Shown here: piece after piece, positions 13,611 to 24,367 of the stretch
Position numbering within the stretch: the first letter of the stretch is position 1
Layout of the letters: the number at the start of each line of letters is the position of its first letter
Assembly (NCBI GenBank): GCA_017654855.1
Contig: CM030336.1
Coordinates: 806,001-870,000 of the forward strand
DNA length: 64,000 nt
Source of the DNA: Podospora anserina
Lineage: Eukaryota
Reading direction: 5' to 3'
Made by a program: the position numbers and the translations under genes
Notes under the pieces: generated by a model
Told to the model about the DNA's origin: nothing
The model's database searches: none
What the model saw: the letters and a program-made list of their open reading frames with translations, nothing else

Positions 13611-14897
13611 TTAGGAAGGGGAAGGCGCACTAACGGCGGTATTTTAGGAGGTTAGGAAGGAAGGACTAGCTACGCCGGGGTCCAGGGAGAGGTCAGGTGG
13701 CTAGTCGAAGCCTAAAAAAGGATTTAGGAAAGAAAAGTCGGTACTAGGAGTAATAGTAGTAGGAGGATCGAGCGTAAGTATTACCTCGCTAATAATAGCG
13801 GTACTTTACTCCGATAAATATTATTTTTACTAACGAAGGCAGGATAAATATATAATAGTTTCCTATACTTTATATATAGCTTTTTCGGCTTTATAGTAAA
13901 CGTTTAAAAATCGCTTTTCGGCGGCTAGTTCTTTTAAAAATAAATAACGATATTCGGTAATTAAGTATTTAACTAAATAAAGTTAAACGGAGTATTAAAA
14001 AAAGGACGGACTAACTAATTTATAATAATAAAAGTGCCCGACGTATTATATAAATAGCTTTAACGTATATATTTACCGTAACGAAAAAAACGTTTATAAA
14101 GATAATAAATTAAATTACGGTAATATAAAAAAAATAAAGTATAATAATAAAACTGTTAGCTGGTAAGCCCTGATAGGCCTATAATATAGAACCTATACAG
14201 GGTTGCTGTAAAATACAGCAGTACGCAAGCGGAAGCGGGAGGATACGACGGCAGTGCCAAAGGAAGGTAAAGCACTGTAATACAGTGAGGTATAAAGAAT
14301 AAGAATTGCCTTTATTACCCTTGGCCTTGGCCTTTGGCCTTAGCCTTAAGCTTTTGCCCTTAAGGAAAGAAAGAAAACTATTCTACAGGAGAGAGGAGAG
14401 GTCTATATATAGGCCTTCGTAAGCCTACTGTGGGTCCTGTAGGCCCTGGAAGCCCCTATACCACTTTAGGGTATTTGGTGGGCTTAGGTGGGTCTAGTGT
14501 AAACTCACGGAAATCCATAGAACCTTCGGCAGCAGAGGTGCCTTGTAAATCATGCTATTGTGGCGACTTACTACGTAAGCCTGTAGCCACTTTAGAAGGT
14601 TCCAGTATCCTGTTAACTAAGCCTTAGGCCACAGTAGCCCTGTAAGCCTTCAAGGGTCCCTTGTAAAGAACATTCTAAAGGGATCCAAGCCGGGAAGTTC
14701 CATTACTGCTTATAGCAGTACTGCCCACTGTAATATCAATCTGTAGGGCAGTAAGTAGGGCACTTAGTAGTACCCACACATTAACAAAAACCTTTAAAGT
14801 TAATAAAAGCAGTTAAAGTTAAATAACGATAGTATTATAGATTAACGTTCGGAATAAAAAATTATAAGGATTTAAAAACTCTATAAGGGTTAAATAT
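13611..14897 (-). pseudogene. RIP-degraded antisense ORF of element B: Zn(II)2Cys6-like cluster plus coiled coil, split by solo LTR 14154-14786
   Basis: Six TAT/TAC codons (RIP products of TGT/TGC) spaced C-x2-C-x6-C-x8-C-x2-C-x6-C at ~14048-14136, allowing one 1-nt indel. Frame continues across the solo-LTR TSD. Probable intron ~13973-14019, then ELAAEKRF.. coiled coil and an acidic/Pro tail. Confidence 0.6.
14154..14786. repeat. Solo LTR, 633 bp, with 5-bp TSD AAAAC
   Basis: TGTTA...TAACA termini. AAAAC at 14149-14153 and 14787-14791. Second copy at 11746-12377. Confidence 0.93.
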
Positions 14898-14999
14898 TAT
14901 AGTAATAGGGAGAAGAAAAGGATTTATAAATAAAGAAAGTAAGCGATAAACGGTTATTTTAAGCTTTAAATTGACGGGACTTCGACCTAAGAGGAGGGG

Positions 15000-15423
15000 T
15001 ATTATATTATAATTAAGTTAAATAGGTAGGACGGATTATATATAAAGTATAAGACGTATAGTTAATCGTTAGTAAGACTAATTAGGATAAGGATATACGA
15101 TTATAGATAGTAGACTAGGAAAATAGAGTAATCGCGGTAATATAATTAATAAGGAATTATAAAGGATTATAACGATTATTATAATTATTAGGAACAAGCG
15201 GAATAATTACTATAATTAGAGCTTAGCACAAGGTCTATATATACGGAGGAACTAACTAATATAAATAGATAGTTCCGCAATATGTAATTTAGCTTATATT
15301 TACGGTATTTAGTATTTATATTAAAACATCTTATTATGCACTGTTTAGCTGCACCGAACTAATTATTAGAAGTTACCTTTAACTAGTATCCCTTTCAGAG
15401 GTTCTGTATAGGGGTTCGTCACA
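15000..15423 (+). repeat. 3' LTR of Gypsy element B
   Basis: Follows the polypurine tract, starts TATTAT (RIP of TGTYAC), ends GTCACA, internal TATATATA ~15236. Abuts transposase sequence at 15424. Confidence 0.75.
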
Positions 15424-16981
15424 AGTAAATAACCCTCTAAGCCTCACACGTATTTTTTTAGCTCTCCGGCGCTTACTTAATCCTTTATTAGCCTTATAGA
15501 GCGAAGAGACCTCTATACGAAGGAGAGCTACCTAGTATATTACAGTTATTATACCCTTAATAAATTAATTTACCGTAATTAATATTAAAGTCGGGAAATT
15601 ATTTTAATAATTAATAATATAAGTCTTAATAAACGTTAATTATAAATTAGTTTCTCGAGGGTTATATAGTATTTAAGAGATTTAAAGTTATATAATATTA
15701 GGCTATAAGTTTAAAAGTATTAACGTATAAAGCTTTATATTTAGTTTAGAAAATACTTTTTTTAAATTATATAATATAAAGTTAATACCCGTAAAGCTAC
15801 TTTATATATTTTTTTTATTATAAAAGCGAAAAAAGCTTTATAGAAAGTATAATGGAATTTAAATTTATTTATATAATTAATATATATATATATTGAATCC
15901 TCGATTTAATAACCATACGCCTATTTTAATAGCTTAATATAATTAATATTAAATAATTAAAGGAGGTAAGAAGAGTATAGAGATATATAAAGCATAATAA
16001 TATTATTTTATTAATAATAACGTTTAAATTTAATCGAATAATTATTTTTATAGCCGTCGAAGATTAATAACCGGTATTTACCCTTTATATAAAGCGCTAT
16101 ATAATAATCGAAATACTTAATTTAATTTAAATTTATTATATTAATAATTTAATTATTATTAATAATTATAATATATTAAATAAATAATAAATTATATTTA
16201 ATATATTAATTAATAAAATAATATTACGCGGCTAAAATAATAAAAGGAGGGATAGTTTAACTGAAAATATTAATTTTTTAAATTATAATTATTTATTCGC
16301 GGTTATTAAACTAAATTAATTTTACTTTACTAAAACCGTCCGAGGTCGTAATTATTATATCCGCGAAAATAATATTTATTATAAACTTAGTTTCGTCGAA
16401 ATTATAAATATCGTTATTTATAATACTATATTTAACTTTAATATTTTATATAAGCGTAAACTACTCGGTAATAACCTTTAGATTTACGCACTTAGCTCTC
16501 TAATAATTATATTTACGCGTAAAACGCGTATCGAGTTATAACTAACGTTTAACAAAATTATATACCTAATGTTTACTAATAAAGGGCGCGTCGCGTATAC
16601 GTAATAATTAATAAACTATATCTTCTACACCACGTAATTTTAATAGAAAAGCTCGCGTATATAGTTTAATAACGTATTAAATAATAGCCTCCTCTTCGGA
16701 TTAAGTAAGCTTCTTCGATTTGGGCGTAGTATCGCGTCGTGCAGGCCGGCCAGCGCGCCGACGCCCTAGAGTCTTACGATCGACTCCATAGATCTTAGCT
16801 GCGGCTCGTTCGCTTAGATTCTTATCGTTTTGAAGTGCTTGGAGGGCTAAAATTATGTGGGCTTCATTTGAATCAGAAGGCATCTTGGATAGTTGAGGAA
16901 ATTGTTATTGAGTGCGAAGGTGTTATGTTACGAAGGAAGTGGGTCACTCGCTTATATGGGTCACTCGCTTATAATATACGT
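15424..16981 (-). mobile_element. pogo/Fot1-type Tc1-mariner DNA transposon, RIP-degraded, 3' end cut off by Gypsy insertion
   Basis: ORF 16883-16701 is an HTH-psq transposase N-terminus. Downstream CENP-B/DDE remnants (NFDET ~16390-16404; LSKRRRAKK ~15455-15481). Terminus ACGT at 16978-16981 followed by TA. Two GGGTCACTCGCTTATA direct repeats in the TIR (16941, 16958). Confidence 0.9.
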
Positions 16982-17912
16982 TACATAGTATATGCCTTGT
17001 TGAACTGGTAAAGTATGGTGTGGTTCAAACAGCTCAATAGGCCAGGCAAAGGACAATCACATAGTGAAATACAACTTTGAGATGATCTCACACAACAATC
17101 CATCATCTGTTGACCTGTTGCCGATTGGGGAAGAAATTACTATCGAGCAGCACGTTGCCGCAGCCTCTGAGTCTGGACTTCCCAAAGTGGACGGCGGCGA
17201 AAGATCGGTCCAGGCCCTTGGGCTTATCTTGCAGGAAAATCTTTATTGAAATCTCGCATGTCTGCTTGATCTGCAGGTTTATCACTCAACTGCGCTTACT
17301 ATTCCCGACGTAGGTACTGGGGGAGGGAGTGTGTTTAGTGTCCAGTGTTTGACGGAAGGAAAACCCCAAAAATTTCAGAACCCTCATTGACCATCTCCTG
17401 ACCCCTCCTCCACACCGTAAACAAAGCGATCAGCATCACAAGAATCTTAACACTTCCGCCGTATACTTTGCGACTTCTCCCAAATAGACATGGTAGCTGT
17501 TCCTTTTTTTCTTTTTTTTTCCTTTGTTTTTTCCTTGTCTGATGTGGCATATCGGCTATTTTCCAGGACCGACTTAGCATCTCCCGTTCAGTGTAGGTCC
17601 ATCTTGAGACAATGGCCGAGGGACCTTGTTGGGGCGTTATCTGTAAACGGACCCATCTTGAACCTACTTGGTGAAGACTGTAGCGTGTGTAGGCATGTAA
17701 TAAGTAAACATCCACCTTCAAGTCTTTTTGGATTCCCATCTAGACTGACGGCTATGAATATTGGTGTTTTCAGAATGTTGAAGAGATCTTTAGATGTATT
17801 GCAAGAGCACTGGTTGACATTATTCATCAAGAATCGGTAAACATTCACAGGTGGGAGGCCGGTAATCTTAGCTTGTTGAGTTAGAACCACTGACTTTTGC
17901 TCTATGTTGACA

Positions 17913-19316
17913 CTATATACTATTCAGAGCCATCTTCGCCTTCTCGCTGCTGGTACCGCAGGCCACGCCCATCATAGCCTGGGCCATGTCTCTGAACAAT
18001 TCCACCTTGATCTCCGCCATCAACTCTCGCTTCACCTCTTCTCTTATCGTTCCCAGAAGCTCCACTCGTAACTTGTCCATGAGCTCCTCCCGCAACTCTT
18101 CCATCAACGTTTCCCGCAGGCCTTTCCGCAGCTCTTCTTGCGACTCTTCGGTTTTCTCGGTCACCAAGCGCTCAGTGTCCTCCATGACTTTATCTTGCAG
18201 TTCGACGTGAACACCTGTGAACTGGTCGTCGATACGGTCATTCACATGATTGATGAGATGTTCTGCCTCCTCGCTGTTGTATCTGCAAGGTGATCGGGCG
18301 GCAGGCTCCAGAATCATCATCTCGAGCCGTTCGATGCGACTTTCCAACCCAGTGTAGCCCTGAACTGCCTGGCCGGGTGTAGAGTCCTGAAACATCTTCT
18401 CAAGCCGTTCGATACGACTTTCCAGTTCGGCGTTGTTCTCCCTGAACACACGACCCTGGCCCAAGTCGAGCAAGAGCCGCTTGTCGGTTCTCGAGGAAGA
18501 CAACGGTTCACTCGTGCGCCGCCGTTTTCGATCTTATCAAGCCAATGTTAGCATGCACCAAAAAAGAAGTAAATAAAAATACATACCTGGCGGGGTAGCT
18601 AGTTGTGTTGGGTTTTGGTAGGGAGCCTTCTCGACATATGGTGGCGGTGACAACTCTTCCAACGTCTCCATGACCAGATTGTCGCAACTAGGCGTTGGCC
18701 GAGGTGCGGCGGCAGTATTGCCAAGGTTAACAACCTGACCGCCTGCACCATGATACAGCCTACCAATGGCTGCCCATCTCTCATCGGTCTGCAAGTCGTT
18801 GAACAAAAAGACAGACGGCAGCAACGAGAGCTGATACCGAACCTCGGGCACCAGCTGCAGCATGTTCAGGTAGACGGTGAAGTCTTGAGCAGATGCGAGG
18901 GCCTTCATGGTATCCAGCAGACCTTCGGATCGCGCCTTTGGCACCAGAGGACGGTTTTTTGGCACCACGAAGACAGGCGCCTGCGTCATGCTGAAGCGAA
19001 GGCTGATAAAGTTCTTGGAAGGATCACGCTGCATCGCCGGTATAGAGGGACCAGTGCTGTGATCGTACCCGACGGAGTGTATGTTTTCTGGGTGGACGAA
19101 TATGTAAACGCTGACTTTGTTGGGCTTGCCGCCTTTGAGAAATATACAACCGTGAAGCGCAAAGAGGGCTCGGTCGTTCGAAGCATCAACGTGCAAATCC
19201 ATACGAAGATCTGGAGTATGTTGCAGGTGTCGGTTCGCATCCTCCCACTCCACCACGCCAGCTCGATCCTTCAAATCTATTTTGCAATGTCTTTCATCGT
19301 CGCTCGAATCGTCCAT
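17913..19316 (-). CDS. Hypothetical protein with basic NLS-like motif and C-terminal coiled coil; 2 coding exons
   Basis: ORFs 18537-19436 and 17913-18503 join through intron 18586-18533 (GTATGT..CTAAC..AAG), giving PP-DRKRRRTS. First in-frame ATG at 19316. Probable 5' UTR intron ~19484-19409. Confidence 0.75.
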
Positions 19317-20704
19317 GGCGTAAAAATCGGGACCGTCGCGATTATCAACTCTGTCGTTCAAGGTGTCATCAAGCTTGTCACCGTCAATTTCACCTACCTC
19401 CCTCGAGCTACAAGCCCCGTAAGCACGGTTAGACACGATGGTCCAGTAACAATATCACGACAGGACAAAAAAAAAAGAGATACCGCCGCCCTTGCTAGAC
19501 GACACAATTGTTGGCAGGGCTCCCACGAACGGAAGCAAGACAGCAAAGAGCGCCATGGTCAGCTGACTCCAACCGTCTTGCGGCCTATCTCGAGCCCCAG
19601 TCCTTTCAACAGGCGTTGCCTGATGATTAGGATTTGGAGAGATTTTATGGCTCTCGACTCGCAGGACGCTTGCTTTGAGCGTGCCGTCCAGGAGGTACGG
19701 AACGGTCGTGGATCGATAGATGCACGACGCCGGTATTGATGGAAAATGGGGAAAAGAACCGAAATGTGTGGTTGGTGATGATGATGCCGCCGCTCTTGCG
19801 CGACCACGCAGGTGTCGGTAGGTATCGCACAAACGGAGACAGGGCAAAGAGCGCCGTGGCCAGCTATCTCTCTATCCCCACGGCCTACCAAGGAGTCAAT
19901 AATGATGGCTCTTGGCTTGTGCGATGCGTACGTCGAATGCGGCGTCGGGGAGAGACGGAACGGTAATTCACGCAGGCACGAGGGCCTAGGCGAAGTCACA
20001 CCGGTACCATCAAGTCACTGACCCTAAGGTAGAGAATGGCTGAGTGGATTCATCGCAGATGTCATCCATCGCGCCGATGGCGACTCGACTCGAGGTCGGA
20101 GGCTGAATGTCGATGAAGAAACGGTTGGATTTTGATGGAGTTGGTGGATGGATGGAAATGAATGGGGAGAGACGTGGAGCCTCTTTTCGACTTTGGTCAC
20201 GGGGGAGCCTAAGGCTTTTGAAGCCGCACGGGCCACAGAAAAGCTGACACATCATGCCAAGCATAAAACCGGCCATAACATGCCAAGCATTAGATGCAAC
20301 AAGCAGACAAACACATACATCATGTGCATAAGTTTAAGCACAACACGCGAGCATAAAGCGCAAGCATAAGACAACGTTGCTTTGATCTGAACCAGGATCA
20401 TCAAAGTCCCAACCAACGCCATTTCTCCAACAAAGCCTTCGAAAAAAGAGGAAGAAAAAAGTTAAGTTATTTGTATCAGCATCTATATCTACCAGAAACG
20501 TCTCATAACCATTGAAATATCCGTCTGTCATTTTTTGCCTTCCCGATATGACCCCATCTCCTCAACATTAACTGCTTTAGACTGACCACCAAAATTACTC
20601 AAAGCAGGCAGAACAACCCCCCAGGTATCATACGAAGAAACTAGAAATCTTGGTCTCCGATCCTAAATAATACTCCAGCTCTGGATACCCTGTCACGGCA
20701 TCAC

Positions 20705-22510
20705 TTACTGCCCACGGTCGCCCAACCAAACCAATTCCAGCACCCCGTCCCGCCCAGCCATGGCGCTCCCATCCACATTCTTCCACCTCCAATCATCCGC
20801 CCTCCTCACATAAACCTGCCTCACCACCATCCCCTCCTCCAACACCTCAGCCTCCTGCAAATCCCAACTCAGCTTCCTCCCCGTCTTGTGCAGGCTCGGC
20901 CTCTGCGGTCCCATGATAAAATCCAAATTCCACCCATGGTTCTGCGGCGCCGCATGGAACGTCGCCTCGAACTGGTTCACATCAAAGTCGATTCCCTGCG
21001 GATAATACGCCACACTAAATCCATTCGCAATCACAAAATCATCCTCGGTCCGAAACCTCTGCATCATGCAGTCCTCTCCACAGACATTCGACACCTTGGT
21101 GTAATGCCACGGATAAGCCACATGCCATCCCCCTCCTCGATAATGATGCAAGCTCAACGGCTTGATCCCCGACTCATAAAACCCAGACGGATCCCCATAC
21201 AAGTCCAACTGCCACAGCTCATTCAACAGCGTGAGCTTGTAGTTTGAATTCTCATAAATGCACTTTCTCAGCAAGATATCCCCCTGCGGTCCCCACCCCG
21301 AGTTCGCCTCCTTAATCTTCTGCTCCGTTTTGCAACTCTCATACCTCTCGGCCACCAAACCCGCCATGGGCACACTCAGAAACACCCCCGCGCCCCCGAA
21401 CGCCTGCGACCCATGCCTCTGAATGTTATTCACATCCTCCGAAAACGTCCCAATATACATCGGAAACCCGTCATCAAACTCGTCAAACCTCTCCTTCAGC
21501 GCATTGAAGCTCGGAAAGAAGGTGTCATCATCGCACGTCACCAGCCACTTCTTCCTCGGCCTTTCCGGGTGGTTATACATGGTCGGCACCAATGCCAAAT
21601 ACCTCACGGCCATGATATCCTCTGCATTAGACCGATACACATCCACATCGATCCCCGCCGTCGTCAAGATGTTATGGGTCTCCTGTAGCTGCTCATCCTC
21701 GGCATCCAACAGCATCAGAAGCAGCTTCCCACCGTTAGTATTCCCCTTCCCATCTGTCAACCAATACGTCCACTCGTTCACCGGGCTCGTCTTCGGATCG
21801 CTGAACCGTTTGTACGTGGTCGAGACACCAAACATGAATTCTGATGCATTGGCACTTCCGGGGAATGGAGACTGCGAAACGGGCGCCACAAGGGGCTCGG
21901 GGCACGACTCGGCTTGATACGGCTCGGGGTTGTTGAGGTCTACTGTCCTGATGGTGTCGGTCAGGAAGCTTTGGTTTAGCACCGTCATGGACTTGCGGCG
22001 TATGGGCTGACGGGAAACCTGGATATATCGTTTCGTATACTCAATCTGGCCCCCCAGCTTGTACTTTTCCTTCCACTGCTTCAGCCGAGCAATGTCATAA
22101 TTGCAGTCCATAGGGATGGATGAGTTGACCAATGCAGTCGCAATATCCCCTGTGGAGCTGGCCCGGTGTGGCTCTGTCGGTGTCGGAAGTGTATCTTGCC
22201 AGTCGGCGCCATGCTTCAACGGTCTCTGGAGATATATCGCTTGCTTGGCTGACGCGGCCGTCTGGATGATGGCGGTCTGTACTTCGGCACTGGATCTGAG
22301 AAGGAGGGTACTGATGGCGAGAATAGCAAAAGTCAGGACAAGAGCTCTCGCCATGGGGCTCCGCATGGGGAGGCAGCGGTGTGGGTTCGGCATCAGGGCC
22401 ACCATGCTGCCGCTGCTGCGTCTGCTGCTGCTGCGTGTTGACGTCGTGGGCTTGTCAAAGTTAACGTCCGAGGTTGAAAATCTCAAAGCTTGACAGTCTG
22501 CAGCCGGCAT
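20705..22510 (-). CDS. GT31 / Fringe-like glycosyltransferase (type II membrane; resembles fungal GfsA-type galactofuranosyltransferases)
   Basis: N-terminal TM anchor; WLVTCDDDTFF DxD motif; AFGGAGVFLS; GDILL; PLSLHH. Start may instead be 22405. Confidence 0.88.
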   Translation of the reverse strand: MPAADCQALRFSTSDVNFDKPTTSTRSSSRRSSGSMVALMPNPHRCLPMRSPMARALVLTFAILAISTLLLRSSAEVQTAIIQTAASAKQAIYLQRPLKHGADWQDTLPTPTEPHRASSTGDIATALVNSSIPMDCNYDIARLKQWKEKYKLGGQIEYTKRYIQVSRQPIRRKSMTVLNQSFLTDTIRTVDLNNPEPYQAESCPEPLVAPVSQSPFPGSANASEFMFGVSTTYKRFSDPKTSPVNEWTYWLTDGKGNTNGGKLLLMLLDAEDEQLQETHNILTTAGIDVDVYRSNAEDIMAVRYLALVPTMYNHPERPRKKWLVTCDDDTFFPSFNALKERFDEFDDGFPMYIGTFSEDVNNIQRHGSQAFGGAGVFLSVPMAGLVAERYESCKTEQKIKEANSGWGPQGDILLRKCIYENSNYKLTLLNELWQLDLYGDPSGFYESGIKPLSLHHYRGGGWHVAYPWHYTKVSNVCGEDCMMQRFRTEDDFVIANGFSVAYYPQGIDFDVNQFEATFHAAPQNHGWNLDFIMGPQRPSLHKTGRKLSWDLQEAEVLEEGMVVRQVYVRRADDWRWKNVDGSAMAGRDGVLELVWLGDRGQ

Positions 22511-24367
22511 GTCGTTTGTACTCGCCCTTGTCCGTGGAGACACTGTCACTAGCCCAACCGTTTGGGCGGAAGGAGCGACGCTTCACCGTGTGCCCGTGCC
22601 GTGGTGGCTCCCTGATGGTGCGGAGGAACGAAGGCAGACTCGGAACAGGAAGGAAGCTTGCAAATGTCGCCGTTCAGCCCTGGCAGAACTGACTGGGAAC
22701 GCCGAAACTCTGGACTGGGAAGTCGGGGACAAAAGCCAACGTGGCAACTCAGCAAGCAATGAGGAACCAGCAAGGAAAAGATAGCAAGAAAAGACAGCAG
22801 TAGTACAATGTACGGTCCGACGCGGGTACAACGACACCTCAAGCTCACAAGATGGAGGCACGGCAATTAGGAGGACCAAAAGTGGCGTTGCCATCAAGTC
22901 AGAGATATCGGAAGCTCAGGGGAACGCTCGGAGCCATGTCGACCGGGCGGACATCTTTCGGGCCATTTCCCAGGCGGCATGAGGCGTCGAGCTAATTCTT
23001 ATGGCGGTGACATGGAACGTCATCGAGTGGGAGTTTCCGAGGCAGGAAGGAAATGCCCGGTTTGATGCAGGTACCCGGGGTGGCACTGGCTACGGACGAG
23101 TTGGCAGCTGAAGTCTCAAGATGTTCCGACAGTGGATGGCGATCTCCATTTATACCATTCGACTCCAAGCTACCTACCTTATTTTTTGCAACTCATCTCA
23201 ATGTTCTTCTCGACCTAGATGCCATCATACATCAATAGCAACGCCCACCACCCGCCCCCGAGCTCAACATCCGTTTGTCTCCACAAATCCCACAAATCCC
23301 ACCTCCCACGCAGGAACCCGGCCAAGCAGCCTCACATCCCCTAAGCTCCCGAGTGTTACCTGAGCTGAGAATCACTACCTAAATACACGATTTTGCACAG
23401 CAACAACATGCAGACGACCGCGTATTCTGAGCAAACGTGGATACTTATGATCAAGGCGTTTGCTTCCTATGATGATTCCAGAAGATATCTAGACAGAGTT
23501 TCCCTTCCCGCTAATAATATCGGAAATGGAGCTCACGGCAATTGGCTTCAGGGGTAAGTACGCCACCACACGCTGTTGCAGATCTCCGATCGGTCGGAAC
23601 CAGCAATTCTCGTCCCACATCAAAGCATTTGTTTCAGACGAAAAGGCACCTTGGCCCTGTCACCTCTCTTCGTACCTCTGGCACACTCGCACAACAACAA
23701 AAGTCAACACCAAATAATGGAAAACCCCTTGTGCTTTTTTCTCTCGTCTCGAAATCCTTCCAGATTCTCCACTGAGAGTCCAAACCCGAATGATTGAACT
23801 TTTATGTAATGTGAGAGGAACAAGACAGCCAACTACCCCCCCTTTGACGGGTCAGGACTGTCTCAACCTCCCGAACGTGTTCCTCCTGTCTTCCGTCATC
23901 CCACAAACACGACCACAAAATCTTGCCGAAGTTGAACTCGGTGTACCGTGAATAAAATTTTCTTTCCGTCTTGCCGATCACGTTGTACTCTCAATCTGAT
24001 AAGAAGACATCCTATCCCCCTCTAGACCATCCCATCTTTTCCGCCACCGCATCTGGAGCTCTCGACTGGAGGTCTGGAAGTTAACCGCCAAGGCACGCTA
24101 GGGAGCTTGTTGTCGTAGCTCCCGCTGTCAACCTCTCTTGGCTCGCCTCGGCGGTTGCTTTCAGGGGTACTATCTTCCGAGAGCAAGAACAACAAGAAGA
24201 CAATGCTTTTAACTCATGTACTGCTACCTATCTATACAGAACACCAAGGTATCTAAATCCAGGATTAGAAACAGAAAAAAGAAAAAGGAAAAAAGTGTAC
24301 AACCCCATCTATCATCTGCAAACCATCGTCCAAGTTGTGTTCGAGCATCAACTTCATCCCCCCTCAC

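Larger units (their letters stand above)
8531..15423 (+). mobile_element. RIP-degraded chromodomain-bearing Ty3/Gypsy retrotransposon (element B), interrupted by two solo LTRs
   Basis: De-RIPed motifs on +: protease D.GA..NLIS (~8800), RT DYRQLN..TVKNNYPLP (~9580) and YLDD (~9870), RNase H (~10300-10680), integrase core (~11150-11700, repeated ~12380-12960), chromodomain YDVEKILD...YLINWLGY...NSWE (~13255-13360). PPT AAGAGGAGGGG at ~14989-14999 abuts the LTR. Confidence 0.88.

Noticed and set aside
14430-14627. Short ORFs inside LTRs (also 8315-8557)
   Set aside because: Non-ATG starts within LTR sequence and no protein features.
17000-17900. Several short overlapping ORFs next to the TE island
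   Set aside because: No motif or consistent spliced model found; a decayed gene cannot be excluded.
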